Under the pieces are notes generated by a model. That model did no database searches. It worked only from the letters and a program-made list of their open reading frames with translations, and had not been told where the DNA came from. Shown here in pieces: positions 11,859 to 23,319 of a stretch of DNA of 64,000 nt. Position 1 is the first letter of the stretch, and the number at the start of each line of letters is the position of its first letter. The stretch is from Zygnema circumcarinatum SAG 698-1b (Eukaryota > Plantae > Zygnematophyceae), in the NCBI GenBank assembly GCA_037447605.1, contig CM074810.1, positions 2,886,880 through 2,950,879 on the forward strand. The letters are read 5' to 3'. The translations under genes were made by a program, and so were the position numbers.

Positions 11859-14065
11859 ATGGCCGCCGCCCTCGCCCCCTCCCCCGCCCTCTCCTCCTCC
11901 TTCACCTCCGCCTCCCCCCTCCCCGTCCTCCCCTCCTCCCGTTCCGCCCTCCGCGTCCGCCTCCCTCCACGCTGCGCGCACCTCTCGCAGAAGGCGGAGC
12001 CAACCGCCGACCGCCACGTGGCGTCCTCCAGGCGGTCTCTATGCCTGCTGGCCGCTGCTGTTGCCGCCACGTGGGCCCCCCGCAGCTGGGCTCTGCTGGA
12101 GGCGGACGAGGACGAGGAGCTGCTGGAGAAGGTGAAGAGGGACCGCAAGTCGAAGCTGCAGAAGAGAGAGAGCCTCGGCGAGTACAAGGCGGAGGCGGGT
12201 GCGTATGTTGCCGTAGCTGTATGTTGGGATGGGTCGTATGTTGCCGGTCTGGTTGATGTTGAAAAGGAAGGAGGGGGAGGGGGGGGGGGGGGGGGGGNNN
12301 NNNNNNNTAGGTTATGTTGGGAGAGTGGCTAATGTTGAGGAAATGGTATGTGGGGATGGAAGCTTGATGGACGAAGCCTGGTTTGTGGGTGGGGAAGGGG
12401 GGGAGATTGATGTTTAGAGAGCTTCTAGCATTTTCCCGGTTTCCATGGTTTTGGAATGGTTGTTTTTTCGTATCTGTTTTTTTCATGCATTCTATTTTGC
12501 AGTTGTGCTGGATTCTCTTGCAATGTGGTGCTTTGGTTGAGTGGTTTCTTCGTAACTGGGGTGTGATGGTTCGAAACTGCAACAGAACGAGAACTGGACT
12601 GTGCCCTCGTTTTAGTTCTAAGAGCTTCAAACCTGAGTTTCAGGTCACCTTTCTTGGATTTTTTTTTTTTTAACAATTGCTAAGCTTTTCAAAGCTTCTG
12701 CATGCGTAATGTTTAAGGTTTCACGTGCAAGCAACTCTTTGACCTCTCATGTACTTAAAGACTTTTGCATTTCGAAGATTTTTAGCGTTCAAAGGAATGT
12801 TGAAACGGCTTTCCTTCATCTGTTTTTCCTTCTGTCTACTCTTAAAGATCTCAGGTCCTTAGTCGCCTAGTTTTGTATCCTTTCTTAGTTCGACATTAGT
12901 TCGACATTTAGGGTTTTTTCTCGCCGTTTTATGTGCCAAATCTGAACCCTAACCTGTTGTTCTATGTGCGCAGCGACTGTGCAGAAGGCGGTCTACAAAT
13001 TAGGGTTTGCGGGGCAGGCTATTGATGAGAGCGATTTCGCGAAAGCTACAGTTGTTCTCGGGCCTGCATTGGACCAGGGATGGGCAAAGGAGGTTGCTGA
13101 AGCTCTGGCTAAGGTGCACATTTGCTGTCCTTTTTTGGAGGGTTGAAAATTCATGATTCAGATTAAAATTTGTGTCCAGAAAATGGCTTTATCTTTGTCG
13201 GGGTCATTAGGGTTTTCAGGAAAAGTTGTGTCAAAGTTCTTGCTTCTCATGGCAGTTATGAGTGCATTGGAGGGTTGAAATGATGGAGAACAAATGAAAT
13301 CGAAGTGATGGAAATTTAGCAGATGTTTAATTGATTCTGAATCGAACTCAATCGGAAAACAAGGAACTGAAACAGTTAGAATGTGCGTGCAGGTGAGCTC
13401 GACCAGCGATGAGAAATCGGCGGCAAGCAGCTTCACTTCTTCTCTGGGGAGTCTGCAGGCAGCAGGTGCTGACCAATTCCCTTTTTTTTTTTTCTTTATA
13501 GTTTTGTATACATGCAGGTAAGACATTTAGGGGAAGGTTTTGCCAAATGGTTTTTTTGTCGGCAGTTCAGGAAGAACCCTTTTCCGTACCCTGAGGCGGC
13601 CTTTGTACTACTGTGTTTGACTTGACTTGACTTGACTTGACTTGACTTGACTTGACTGGTCCCCTCATGCTCTATTATGTTTCATGAGATTTCACTCAAG
13701 TTGACTTGTGTTGACTCGTGGTCGACCAACTTGACCAAAGTGAAACTCTGTTCCATATGACTGGGCCTGGGCTACCCTGTGTTTAGTTTAGCCAAGTAGA
13801 CCTTCTCGGACTCCGCTTCACTTGACTTACCTTGACTCGAGTCAGCTTGACCTGACTCAGCTTGACTTGACCCAGCTTGTCTTGACTCAGCTTGACTTGA
13901 CCCAGCTTGACCTCACTCAGCTTGACTTGACTCAGCTTGACTTTGACTTTTGCAGTGCTGAAAGATGACGTGGACGGCGCCAAGGGCGCGTACGTGGAGG
14001 CCGTGAGCACTTTGGAGAAGTGGGTGGCCCTCGTGGGCCTGCTCGCGGAGATTCAGGGCTTGTAG
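11859..14065 (+). CDS. MPH2: Thylakoid lumenal 16.5 kDa protein (TL16 / MPH2). Exons 11859-12198, 12974-13113, 13393-13465, 13956-14065
   Basis: Transit peptide with an RR motif, then ALLEADEDEELLEKVKRDRK...AVYKLGFAGQAIDESD...VLG...W...AYVEAVSTLEKWVALVGLLAEIQGL*, matching the TL16/MPH2 family. Splice phases are consistent. Confidence 0.9.
13618..13950 (+). repeat. (CTTGA)n and CTTGA/CTCAG/CCCAG pentamer arrays in the last MPH2 intron
   Basis: A pure (CTTGA) run at 13618-13657 and a mixed array from about 13815 running into the acceptor at 13955. Confidence 0.9.
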
Positions 14066-15192
14066 GCTCCTAGGCTTGTAGGCTCTTAGGTCGTTCAACG
14101 GGACGAAACGGAACAGATTCAGTTAAACTGTCACATAGCAATGTAGGCAGATGCGTGGTTTTGTTGGGTCTGGGTGGACTTTAGGAGTGAGGGGTAAACC
14201 CCGTCGAGAAAAAAATGGAGCAGAAAAAGGGCTGTCTATGCAAAATTTTGGTAAAAGGTACGACGCAAAGCGACGGCGTATGGGAGAGTAGAGGGGGCGT
14301 AATAGAGGGCGCGAGAGATTAGTAAGAAAGGTGTAGAGCATTAGGTCATGTGTGCTTCTTTTTCTCTATTTTTTAAAGATTTGAGTCGAGTTTTTGGCAG
14401 TTTATTTGGCCCTTCAATGGCTGTTGGGGCATTGTTTAGAATCAGTGTGCTTCTACGCTCGAACATGGAGGTAATTATTTGTTGCCTATTGAAGGAAATA
14501 AACGACAGCGACCAATGTCTAGGCCATTGTAAAAGATTGTGGAAAACATATTGAGACACAATTGAGTCTTACTTTTAATTGGATGTCTGTCTATCTGCCC
14601 AAATATTAAATAGTCGTTTGCTTGGTATTTTCATGTCGTCACTGAGAGCAGAGTTTATTTTCATCCAGTATTATCTTGAGGCGCTCCACGAAAGAAACAG
14701 CAATATCCAACAAACCAAAACCTCAACAACCCACATTCACAAATAATCTGAAACTGAGCACAGATTCAGATATACCCACCGCTCAGCCCACTCCATAAGC
14801 CCCCGGAACGCTCTATGTCAAAATTGACCAAATAGTTAAACGGAACGGCTTCGGCTGCTTAAGCCAAATTTCTCTCAAGCGCGAGAAATGTACCTATACA
14901 CAAATTCTGCTTCAGAAAATTACCATTTTTTGCGTTATCCGCTTTTACCGCTGAACCCCTCGCTCTTAAACCCTACACCTACAAACTCTGCCTCGGCCTG
15001 TGCCTCTAAACCCTACTTCCGTACACTCACCGTACACCCCCCTCTCCTCTCCCAGAATCCAAGATCCTCAGAATCCCACACTCCTCTCCAGATTCCCCCA
15101 AGATCCTCTCTCGATTCTCCGTACAGCGAATCTCCTCAGATTCCCTCCCCTTCCCTCGCTCTCCCTCTCTCTCTCCCTCTCTTTCTCTCTCT

Positions 15193-16734
15193 CTAGTTCA
15201 ACTGACCGTACCAGATCCCCTCAATCTTGACGTCCTTGGGCACCTTCGCCCCCAAATCCGTATCGGAGGGCTGCACGCTCTGGAAGACTCCCGCAATCTC
15301 GCCCGTCTCCGTATTGGACTTAGCGATGGAGAATGTGATCTTGCCGGGGAGGGCGACCGTGCTCTTCTGATTCTCCTTCACAAGGTCCTCCTCGTCTCCG
15401 GCACCACCGGCGGGTAGAGCCACAGCGTTGTCGTAGCCGGTGGATCCACCACGGCCCTTGGGGTCAAGGAAGGTGGATCCACGGTATGAGGGCACCATGA
15501 ATGTGCCCGCAATGGCGTCGGAGGAGCCCGTAGCCGTCAACTGCTTCACCGTGAACAGGAACGGAACGCGTTCTCCACCAGCGAGCTGAACTGTAACGGC
15601 GGCGTAGTCAATGCCGTCAGTTTCCTTGAAGGTGACAGTTCCGTCCTTGGCAACAGAGAACGGGCCTTCCATCTCGTCCAGGGTGTAGGTGAGGCGGGTC
15701 ATGAGCTTGGTGTTCTGGTAGCTCTCTCCCTCGCCCTTGAAGGTGCTCTCGGCCTTCACGGTGAAGGAGGTGGGCTCCATGCAGAACTTCTGAAGCTTGT
15801 ATTCGCCGGCGGGGAACTTGAAGCCGTCAGCGGCCTCAGCGCCGAGAACGGGGCACTGGTTGGCTGTGCCGGTACCCTTCACCTCCTGGTACGTCTGGCT
15901 CTGAATCTCGTCGAAGGTCAGACGGGGGGGAGCGGCCTCGGCCTGCATGGGCAAACCCTAAGGCGTGAGAACAGAGGGAGAGAGAGAGAGAGGGAGGGAG
16001 AGAGGGAAGAGACGAGAGGGAGAAAGAGAGAAGAAGCGGGAAGACAACAACCTGCAAGAACAAATGTCAAGCATTGTGGAAGCACCTCAGCACTTGAACC
16101 CAACCCCTTCCCCTTCAAACCCCCATTTCTTTCGTTGTCATATAACTCCGTCATCCGGCTTTCCCGACTACTGAACCCGTCCCCATTCTTCCCCTCAAAA
16201 TTCCCCTCCCCGCCACAACTGATTCCCTTTTTTCTTCCGCTTATCTCTCTTCACACACATTTCCTCCGCATCCCTCCCTCCGTTTCCAATTGGACTTCAC
16301 CACCCTCCCGCTTATCACTTGCTTCACTCCCTCGCTCCATACACCCCATCCCTCCACGCACCCCCTCCCTCCATACACCCTATCCCAACCTCCTTCCCTC
16401 TCCCGCTCCAAAATCTCCACACTCCCTCCCATTCCCCCCCATCCTCCCTCCCTCCCCTCCCTCCCCTCCCTACCTAAGCCCCCATTCAAGATTCATGACT
16501 TACGGATCCCACGAGGGCGGCGGCGGCGAGAGCGGCAGCCGCAGTCTTGCCGGCATCTGCACAGCGCTTCACAAAGGAGCGCACATTCTCCTCCGCGGAG
16601 CAGGACACGGCGACGGGCTTGCAGGCCACCTTCACGGAGGCGGGCGCCGCCTTCAAAGAGCGCGCGCTCTCTCCGCCCACGAAGGCGGAGGCGCTCTGAA
16701 CGGAGAGGGTGCGGGCGGACATAGTGGCCGCCAT
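15193..16734 (-). CDS. psbO: Oxygen-evolving enhancer protein 1 (PsbO), about 331 aa. Exons 16734-16504, 15957-15193
   Basis: [118 protein letters not shown]. Bipartite transit peptide in exon 1. Confidence 0.98.
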
Positions 16735-17705
16735 GGCTGCCCGCGAGATGGGACGGTAGGGAGGGAGCGAGGGAGAGAGGTAGAGCGAGAGAGAGAGAGA
16801 GAGGCAAGGAGGCGGAGGAATGGCGTGGCGGGGCGGCTTAAGGCGGAGCAGCGCCGCGCCGCGGGGCGTTATCCGCGCGGGATGGCGCGGCATCGCTCGG
16901 GCCAATGGGGGGCTGCTCTCGCACGTGCGAGAGCTCGGGCTTCGCTTCTGACCGCGTATACGCCGACGGGGCGGAGGGCGACACGCGAGGGGTGGGATTC
17001 TATGTGGGGCTCAGTTGGAGCGCGGTTCTGTGAGACGGGACGGGGTCCATGTTTGGTCAGTGACGAAATACTTTTCACAGAGTTTGGCGTTCTTTGTGGG
17101 ACGGCCGTTAAGTGGATTTTTATGGGAGTTGTTTAGCGTTGATTTTTTTCCTGGCGGTTCGATTCGTCGTGGTGGATGTACGAAATTGTACGGTAACACG
17201 TGACGTGACTTCAATGTCTTCTTGTTCTGAACATGAATGCATGAAACTGTACATTGTACAAGGACTTCGTTTTGTTGTATTGGGGAGAAGATTAGTGCCT
17301 AGGGCGCACACAACAAGCGAGAGGCATGGAAATGGAAATGAATGCTCTAAAATACAAGAAATGTATGAACTTATGAAATGACCAACATGATGGGAAAGCC
17401 ATACACACAACAACGCAAAAACCCATAAACTCATGAACCCTAGTTTACTTAAAACGTTTCAAATTCAAGATGTGGGAATGAATTCGACGAAATGACCGTG
17501 TCCAACATGAAAGGTTGGCTCATGTTCATGTTGGAGACTCTTTCTTTGCAAGGAAACGTTCAATACCAGTCAACCACTTGCACTTGGAGCGCAAGTCATC
17601 TCCTTAAGCAAACAAAGCGATGGCCAAACAGATGAGAGCAGGTTCGGAAGGTGCGAGGAAGTAAAAACCAATCCTTGGACAGGAGAACGAAGCCAAGCCC
17701 TTTCA

Positions 17706-17885
17706 AACCTAAAACCTAAAACCCAAAACCCAAAACCCAAAACTCAGAACCCAACACCTAAAACTCAAGACCCAAAACCTAAAACTCAAAACCCAAAACC
17801 CAGAACTCGAAAACCCGAAACTCAAAACTCTAAATCCAAAACACGAAAACTTAAAACCCAAATCTCAAAACCAAAAACCAAAAAC
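17706..17885 (+). repeat. Degenerate AAAACCC/AAAACCT telomere-like tandem repeat
   Basis: Visible run of ~7-bp units between PsbO and PAC3. Confidence 0.8.
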
Positions 17886-18035
17886 CCAATTGCCCAAGTT
17901 TTCAACCAAGATTCAAACTGAAGAGGGTTCAGATTTAGGCGAACGGAACTGAGGCGTTCTATGTGACGAGACGTGGAGGAAGCTGCTCTGCTCGCCCTGC
18001 TGAAGCTGCAGAAGCTTCCTCGAAGCAGCGCTGCC

Positions 18036-20045
18036 ATGGCTACCCGCAAGCTCTCCGCCTCCATACAGGTACCGCCCTTCGCCGCAAAACCCTAAACCTC
18101 TTTCAGCCTTGCCGCCATAGCCTCAGTTTCAATTCTTTTCAATCTTTCAACCTCTGAATGGAATTGTCAAGGGTTCATAGAATGCACTCGTGTCCCCCTG
18201 GTACTTGTCTCATTCTAAAGTCAAAATTTAAAAATTATATATATATAAACATAAAAGAATATGTAAATTAATGGAGAAAGAAAGTTATTTCTCCCTTTCC
18301 TTCGCTTCAGTGGTGAGCGTCTTCGAAATTCGAGATTTCACGTGGCAGGACAGGCAGAGCGTTGACTTTTTTTGTGTGCTGACACGTGGCGCGCAGTGGT
18401 TGGCCAGGGCCATGCCACCGACATCATAATAATTGGCTATGAGGACCGCCTTATGGTGAGCTGCCACGTGTCACAGTGCTGCTTCTTTTCCTGCAGAGAT
18501 TTCAAAAAGTGTTTAACTGAAACTGAAAAACTGAAACTGAAAAAACGAACTAAACTTGGGGCTTTGAAATGAGCGGTTCCATGTGGCCGTGGGGGCCCTC
18601 GCGCAGTCTGAACGGGTTTGTCGCAGAGCGAAATGGGTCGCAGGTCACCGTCACGCAGATCGGAACTATGGGAACGCTTCTCCATGTGAAGTGCGTGAGC
18701 AGTTTCAGTTTCAGTTTCAGTTTCATTTTCAATTCCAGTCTCCGTTTTGACGTTTTCAAGTTCTTCAAGAATTAGGGTTCGGAGAGTTCTCTGGAGGTCT
18801 ATTTACAAACGCATAACAAAAGGAAAGTATTTGAAAATTTCCAAATCCTATTCTTAAAAGCTTGAATTTAGAAGCCTAATTCCTATTCTGCGTTCCGATC
18901 ATAGATTTTCTCTTTCGTGCTTAGGTCCTTTTTGATCCCTCGAGGTTCTCCAATTCTTTAATTTCCATACCCTGACCTCTATACTCTATTTCCCAAACCT
19001 AATCTCAGAACCCTAATCTCAAAACTCTAATCTCAAAACCCTAATCTCAAATCCCTAATCTCAAAGTCCTAATCTCAAATTCTTAACCTCTAACCCTAAT
19101 CTCAAACCCCTAATCTAAAAGCCCTAATCTCAAAACCCTAATCTCAAAACCCTAATCTAAAGGCCCTAATCTCAAAACCCTAATCTCAAAATCCTAATCT
19201 CAAAACCCTAATCTCAAAGCCCTAATCTCAAACCCCTCACCTTAAAACCCTAATCTCAAAACCCTGATTTCCAAACCCCTAATCTCAAAATCCTAGTCTC
19301 AAAACCCTGATCTAAAAGCCCTGATCTCAAAACCCTAATCTCGAAGCCCTAATCTCAAAGCCCTAATCTCAAACCCCTCACCTCAAAACCCTAGTCTCAA
19401 AACCCTGATGTCCAAATCTAAAAGCCCTAATCTCAAAGCCCTGATCTCAAACCCCTAATCTCAAAACCCTAATCTCAAAACCCTAATCTAAAAGCCCTAA
19501 TCTCAAAACCCTGATTTCCAAACCCCTAATCTCAAAATCCTAGTCTCAAAACCCTAATCTAAAAGCCCTAATCTCAAAACCCTAATCTCGAAACCCTAAT
19601 CTCAAAGCCCTAATCTCAAACCCCTCACCTCAAAACCCTAATATCAGAACCCTAATCTCCAAACTCTGCAGTCTGTACTGGAGACTCTTAAAACCAAGAA
19701 CCTTAAACCCTAGCCCTAAACCCTATTTTTTTTTCTTTCAGAAAGGACGAAGTGTACGGAGGAAGCGCCACCTTCAGCGTCTCTATCCTCATGGGTCGCC
19801 GTGATGAGGTCAGCTAATTTATCTCTTTATAAGTAGATTATTGGAATTATACGCCTTTCCATGCAAGAACTCGTCTGATTGGTTCAGTTTTCAGTTTTTG
19901 ACTTTTTAGAAATTTCTGAGGATTTTGATTTGCCGTACTTCGGGATTTGAGAATTTTAGACTTTAAAGGAGCGATAAGATTTTTATTAAATTTCCCTAAA
20001 AAAAAATCTTTTGGGGTGTAGCCTCTGCTTGTCGCATGCCCGGCA
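18036..20045 (+). CDS. PSMG3: Proteasome assembly chaperone 3 (PAC3/PSMG3), 3' end lost in the N gap. Exons 18036-18068, 18408-18455, 18644-18690, 19742-19808, 20022-gap
   Basis: Spliced product MATRKLSASIQ-GHATDIIIIGYEDRLM-VTVTQIGTMGTLLHVK-KDEVYGGSATFSVSILMGRRDE-PLLVAC follows the PAC3 pattern (...YED.LV..TQIG.MGT.L.A...TF.V..L.G.RDEP). Confidence 0.88.
18995..19720 (+). repeat. 13-14-bp satellite (AAAACCCTAATCTC)n in PAC3 intron 3
   Basis: Roughly 45-50 degenerate units, each containing the plant telomere heptamer AAACCCT followed by AATCTC. Confidence 0.93.
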
Positions 20046-20145
20046 NNNNNNNNNNNNNNNNNNNNNNNNNNNNNNNNNNNNNNNNNNNNNNNNNNNNNNN
20101 NNNNNNNNNNNNNNNNNNNNNNNNNNNNNNNNNNNNNNNNNNNNN
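20046..20145. other. 100-N assembly gap (10-N gaps also at 5066-5075, 12298-12307, 24479-24488, 56488-56497)
   Basis: N runs in the sequence. All sit in or next to GA/CT low-complexity tracts. Confidence 1.
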
Positions 20146-20459
20146 GGAGGGAGGGAGGGAGGGAGGGAGGGAGGGAGGGAGGGAGGGAGGGAGGGAGGGA
20201 GGGAGGGAGGGAGGGAGGGAGGGAGGGAGGGAGGGAGGGAGGGAGGGAGGGAGGGAGGGAGGGAGGAGAGGGGGAGGGGAGGGAGGGAGGGAGGGAGGGA
20301 GGGAGGGAGGGAGGGAGGGAGGGAGGGGGAGGAGGGAGGACGGAGGAGATGAAATTAGGGTTTGAAGAGATCGGCATTCTGCGTACATTTATAGATATTT
20401 CTATTTAGTTTTTGTTTTTTTTTTAAAGAAAGGTTCGAATAGGAGGGGGCTGCACTGAC

Positions 20460-21561
20460 CCTGTTATGAAGCGCGCCTCTGAAATGTGACCGAGCTGGAA
20501 AAGAGTCCTCTGCAGAATCATTAAGAATCAAGAATAGGGTTTACTTTCTTTTTTTTTTTGTAGTAAAAAGTTAAAAGAAGGAGACGGAAATACAAGGGAA
20601 AAATAACAAAACATCAGTTCAGTTTTTGGCAAGCATCATGAACAAGATATAAAAAGACATAAAATAAGAGATCACAAAAAAAAATCATTTAACACATGAG
20701 AGAAACTTAACATCATCATCATCATCTCATCGAGCCCCATCATTAAAATCCCATAAAACATCCTCATAATCAAAATCGAAACTTAAACAAAAAAAACCAA
20801 AAAAAAGCAAACGAACTCACGCATTCCAAAGGCATCCTCAACCATTTCAACCTCTCTCTACACATCACCTTCATTGCCCTCCGCCTCTCTTCAAACCTCT
20901 AATCACACAAGAGAGAGAGAGGGAACGAGCCATCTCTTCAAGCCCTAAATGTCCCACCTCTCCAATCCATCCCCAAACTACCAAACCTCCAAACCATATG
21001 CGAAAATCAACATACAAAAATAAGACGAAAAGAAAAGGAAAATATCACCTGCAATGCCGTGACCTCCGGCCCCTCGTCCCCTTCCGAGAGATCATGCAAG
21101 AAGCAGACCTCCGCCATCGACTCGAGCTCTTCAAGCGAAATATTTACGCTTAAATCTAGCGAATTATACCCCAAACTCGTCTTTAAACTCGAATTATCCC
21201 TCCACTTTACTCCCACATTCGCCTCCCTTTTAGCGCTCAAAGCCGCTCCGGCACTCCGACTCCGCCGGTGCCTTGAAGTCCCCCCTCCCCCAGATACCAC
21301 CGGAGTCCGGAAGCTTCCTTGAAGGCCCCATGTATGGCATGCTCCTTCCGCCCCACATGCCACCATGGCCGAGATGAGGAGACGGCAGCCATGGCCGATA
21401 CTATGAACAAAGGAGCACTCCCTCAGGTTACATGTAGCCGTGCAAGGCGACGCTAAACTTAAAACGGTTAAGTCGGCGTTCCCTGTTGGAATGAGCGCTT
21501 CTTTTTGGCGTTTTCTGCCCCCGCAAGGGCAGCCGAGGCGCGGGGTTCCAAGGGCTTCCAT
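20460..21561 (-). CDS. Putative peptidoglycan-binding-domain (PG_binding_1-like) protein with a long S/G/A/R-rich N-terminus; 3' end missing toward the gap. Exons 21561-21049, 20509-20460
   Basis: Spliced sequence CFLHDLSEGDEGPEVTALQ|RTLFQLGHISEARFITG matches the start of the PG-binding helix motif (L..GD.G..V..LQ..L...G...). The expected following (Y/F)G..T..A exon is not visible. Confidence 0.62.
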
Positions 21562-22715
21562 GGAAATAGTTCGATTTAAAATAATTTAAAAATATTTAAA
21601 GATTTGAGGAGGGGGGGAGGAAGGGTTCGGTTTTAGGGTTTGGAATCGTGGGGGGGGAGGGGAGGGCATGGGGGGCGGGAGAGAGGGAGAGAGGGAGGTC
21701 AATGGGAGAGGGCAGGGAAAGGGGGAGATAGAGAAAGAGGAAGGAAGGAGAGGGAAGGAGAGAGGGGCGAGGGCGAGAGGGGAGAGTGGGCAGTGGAGAT
21801 GAAAGGCATGACCGGGAGGAGGGAGAGGGAGAGAGGAAAAGAGGGAGGGAGGAAAAAGGGAGATAGAGCGGAGGAGTGAGAGGAGAATAGAGCAAGGGAG
21901 TTAATTAATGGAGAGAGTAAGAGGAGAAATGAAAGAGATAAGAAACAACGAGAGGGAGAGAGGGAGAGAGCGCGGATTAAGGAGAGAGAGAGTGACAGAG
22001 GGAGGGAGGCGAGAGAGAGAAGAGAGAGAGACGGATAGAGGAAGAGAGGAGAGAGAGAGAGAGGGAGAGAGGGGGAGAGACGGAGAGAGGAGTGAGAGGA
22101 GAGGGCGCGGGAGGAAGAAGCGGGCCTGCCAGCAACGGTCGGCTCCCGGGGGCACGTGGGGAACCAAAATGGTAAAATGTTCCGGAAGAAATTTATAGTT
22201 AAAAAATGTGAACGTTGAATGAAAAATGTTAAAGTGACATTTCGCTCGTGCGAATGTTCAGAATACAAATTACACAACTGTGATTCCCAGAGTCGAAATA
22301 TCTCAAAAAAACAAAATTGTACATCTCGATTCGATTTCGGAAAAATCGAATCTTTACTTTTGACTGGTTTTCTATTAGGCCAGAAAAGAAAAAAAACTTT
22401 CGGTTCGCACGTGTGAGGATATTAGTGAACGGTCATGGAGAGAGGAGAATCGCGAAGTGAAAAGAGTTTTGGACGAATCATGTTGCGCCTTTCCGAACTA
22501 ATTCAGTGCATAGAAACGGTGGACAGTTTTTAGGGGTCATGAAGCGGCAGTTGGAGTGAGCTGCAAGCAAAGGGCCTTGGGCAAAATCCAATCAAACTTT
22601 CAACATGTAAAAAAGCGTACGGACGAGTTTTTGTTGTCCATGCTCGACTGTTCCGTAGCGGGCAACGGAGAATGGCTCCAAGTGGCAAACTAATAACTTT
22701 TGGACCGGTACAAAC

Positions 22716-22880
22716 AAACCACAACCCACAAACCACAAACCACACACCACAAACCACAAACCACAAAACACACACCACAAACCGAAAACCACAATGCACA
22801 AACCACAAACCCCACACCACAAACCAAAAACCAAAAACCACAAACCACAAACCACAAACCATAAACCACAAACTACAAAC
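22716..22880 (+). repeat. (AAACCAC)n-type tandem repeat
   Basis: Directly visible; it produces the spurious WFVVCGL ORFs. Confidence 0.9.
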
Positions 22881-23319
22881 CAGACTTTCAAGCGCATGAA
22901 AAGGACACTGTTAGCGATGACACGTGTGACATATCCAGTGGAAGTCCAGTCCCCTTTTTTTTTTTTTTTTTAAAGAAAGATGATAATGATCATTTGGGTG
23001 GGCTTCCATCGAGGCTGGTCAATTGTATAGAACGAATGAATGAACGAATGAATGAATGGAATACTCCTAGTCAATGCGGAACTCTAAAAACCCTAAACCG
23101 TCATTCATACTCTCTCCATTCAACCCTAAAACCCTAAAACTCCCTCACCCATGTCTGATCGAGTGCATGTTGAAACCCTAAATGGCTTCAAAGGAGAGAG
23201 TCCCACATCCGTGAGAAATGCTTTCAGAACCCTAAAACCCTACACCCCCACATAGTTTCTGGAGATAACGCCCAAAACTGCAGTGATATTTATCTACTTC
23301 CTTTTTTTTCCTCTGATTC

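Noticed and set aside
17822-18064. Minus-strand ORF resembling an organellar transit peptide, overlapping the PAC3 start
   Set aside because: It is antisense to PAC3 exon 1, shares the CCATGG palindrome, runs into a repeat, and I found no recognisable downstream exon.
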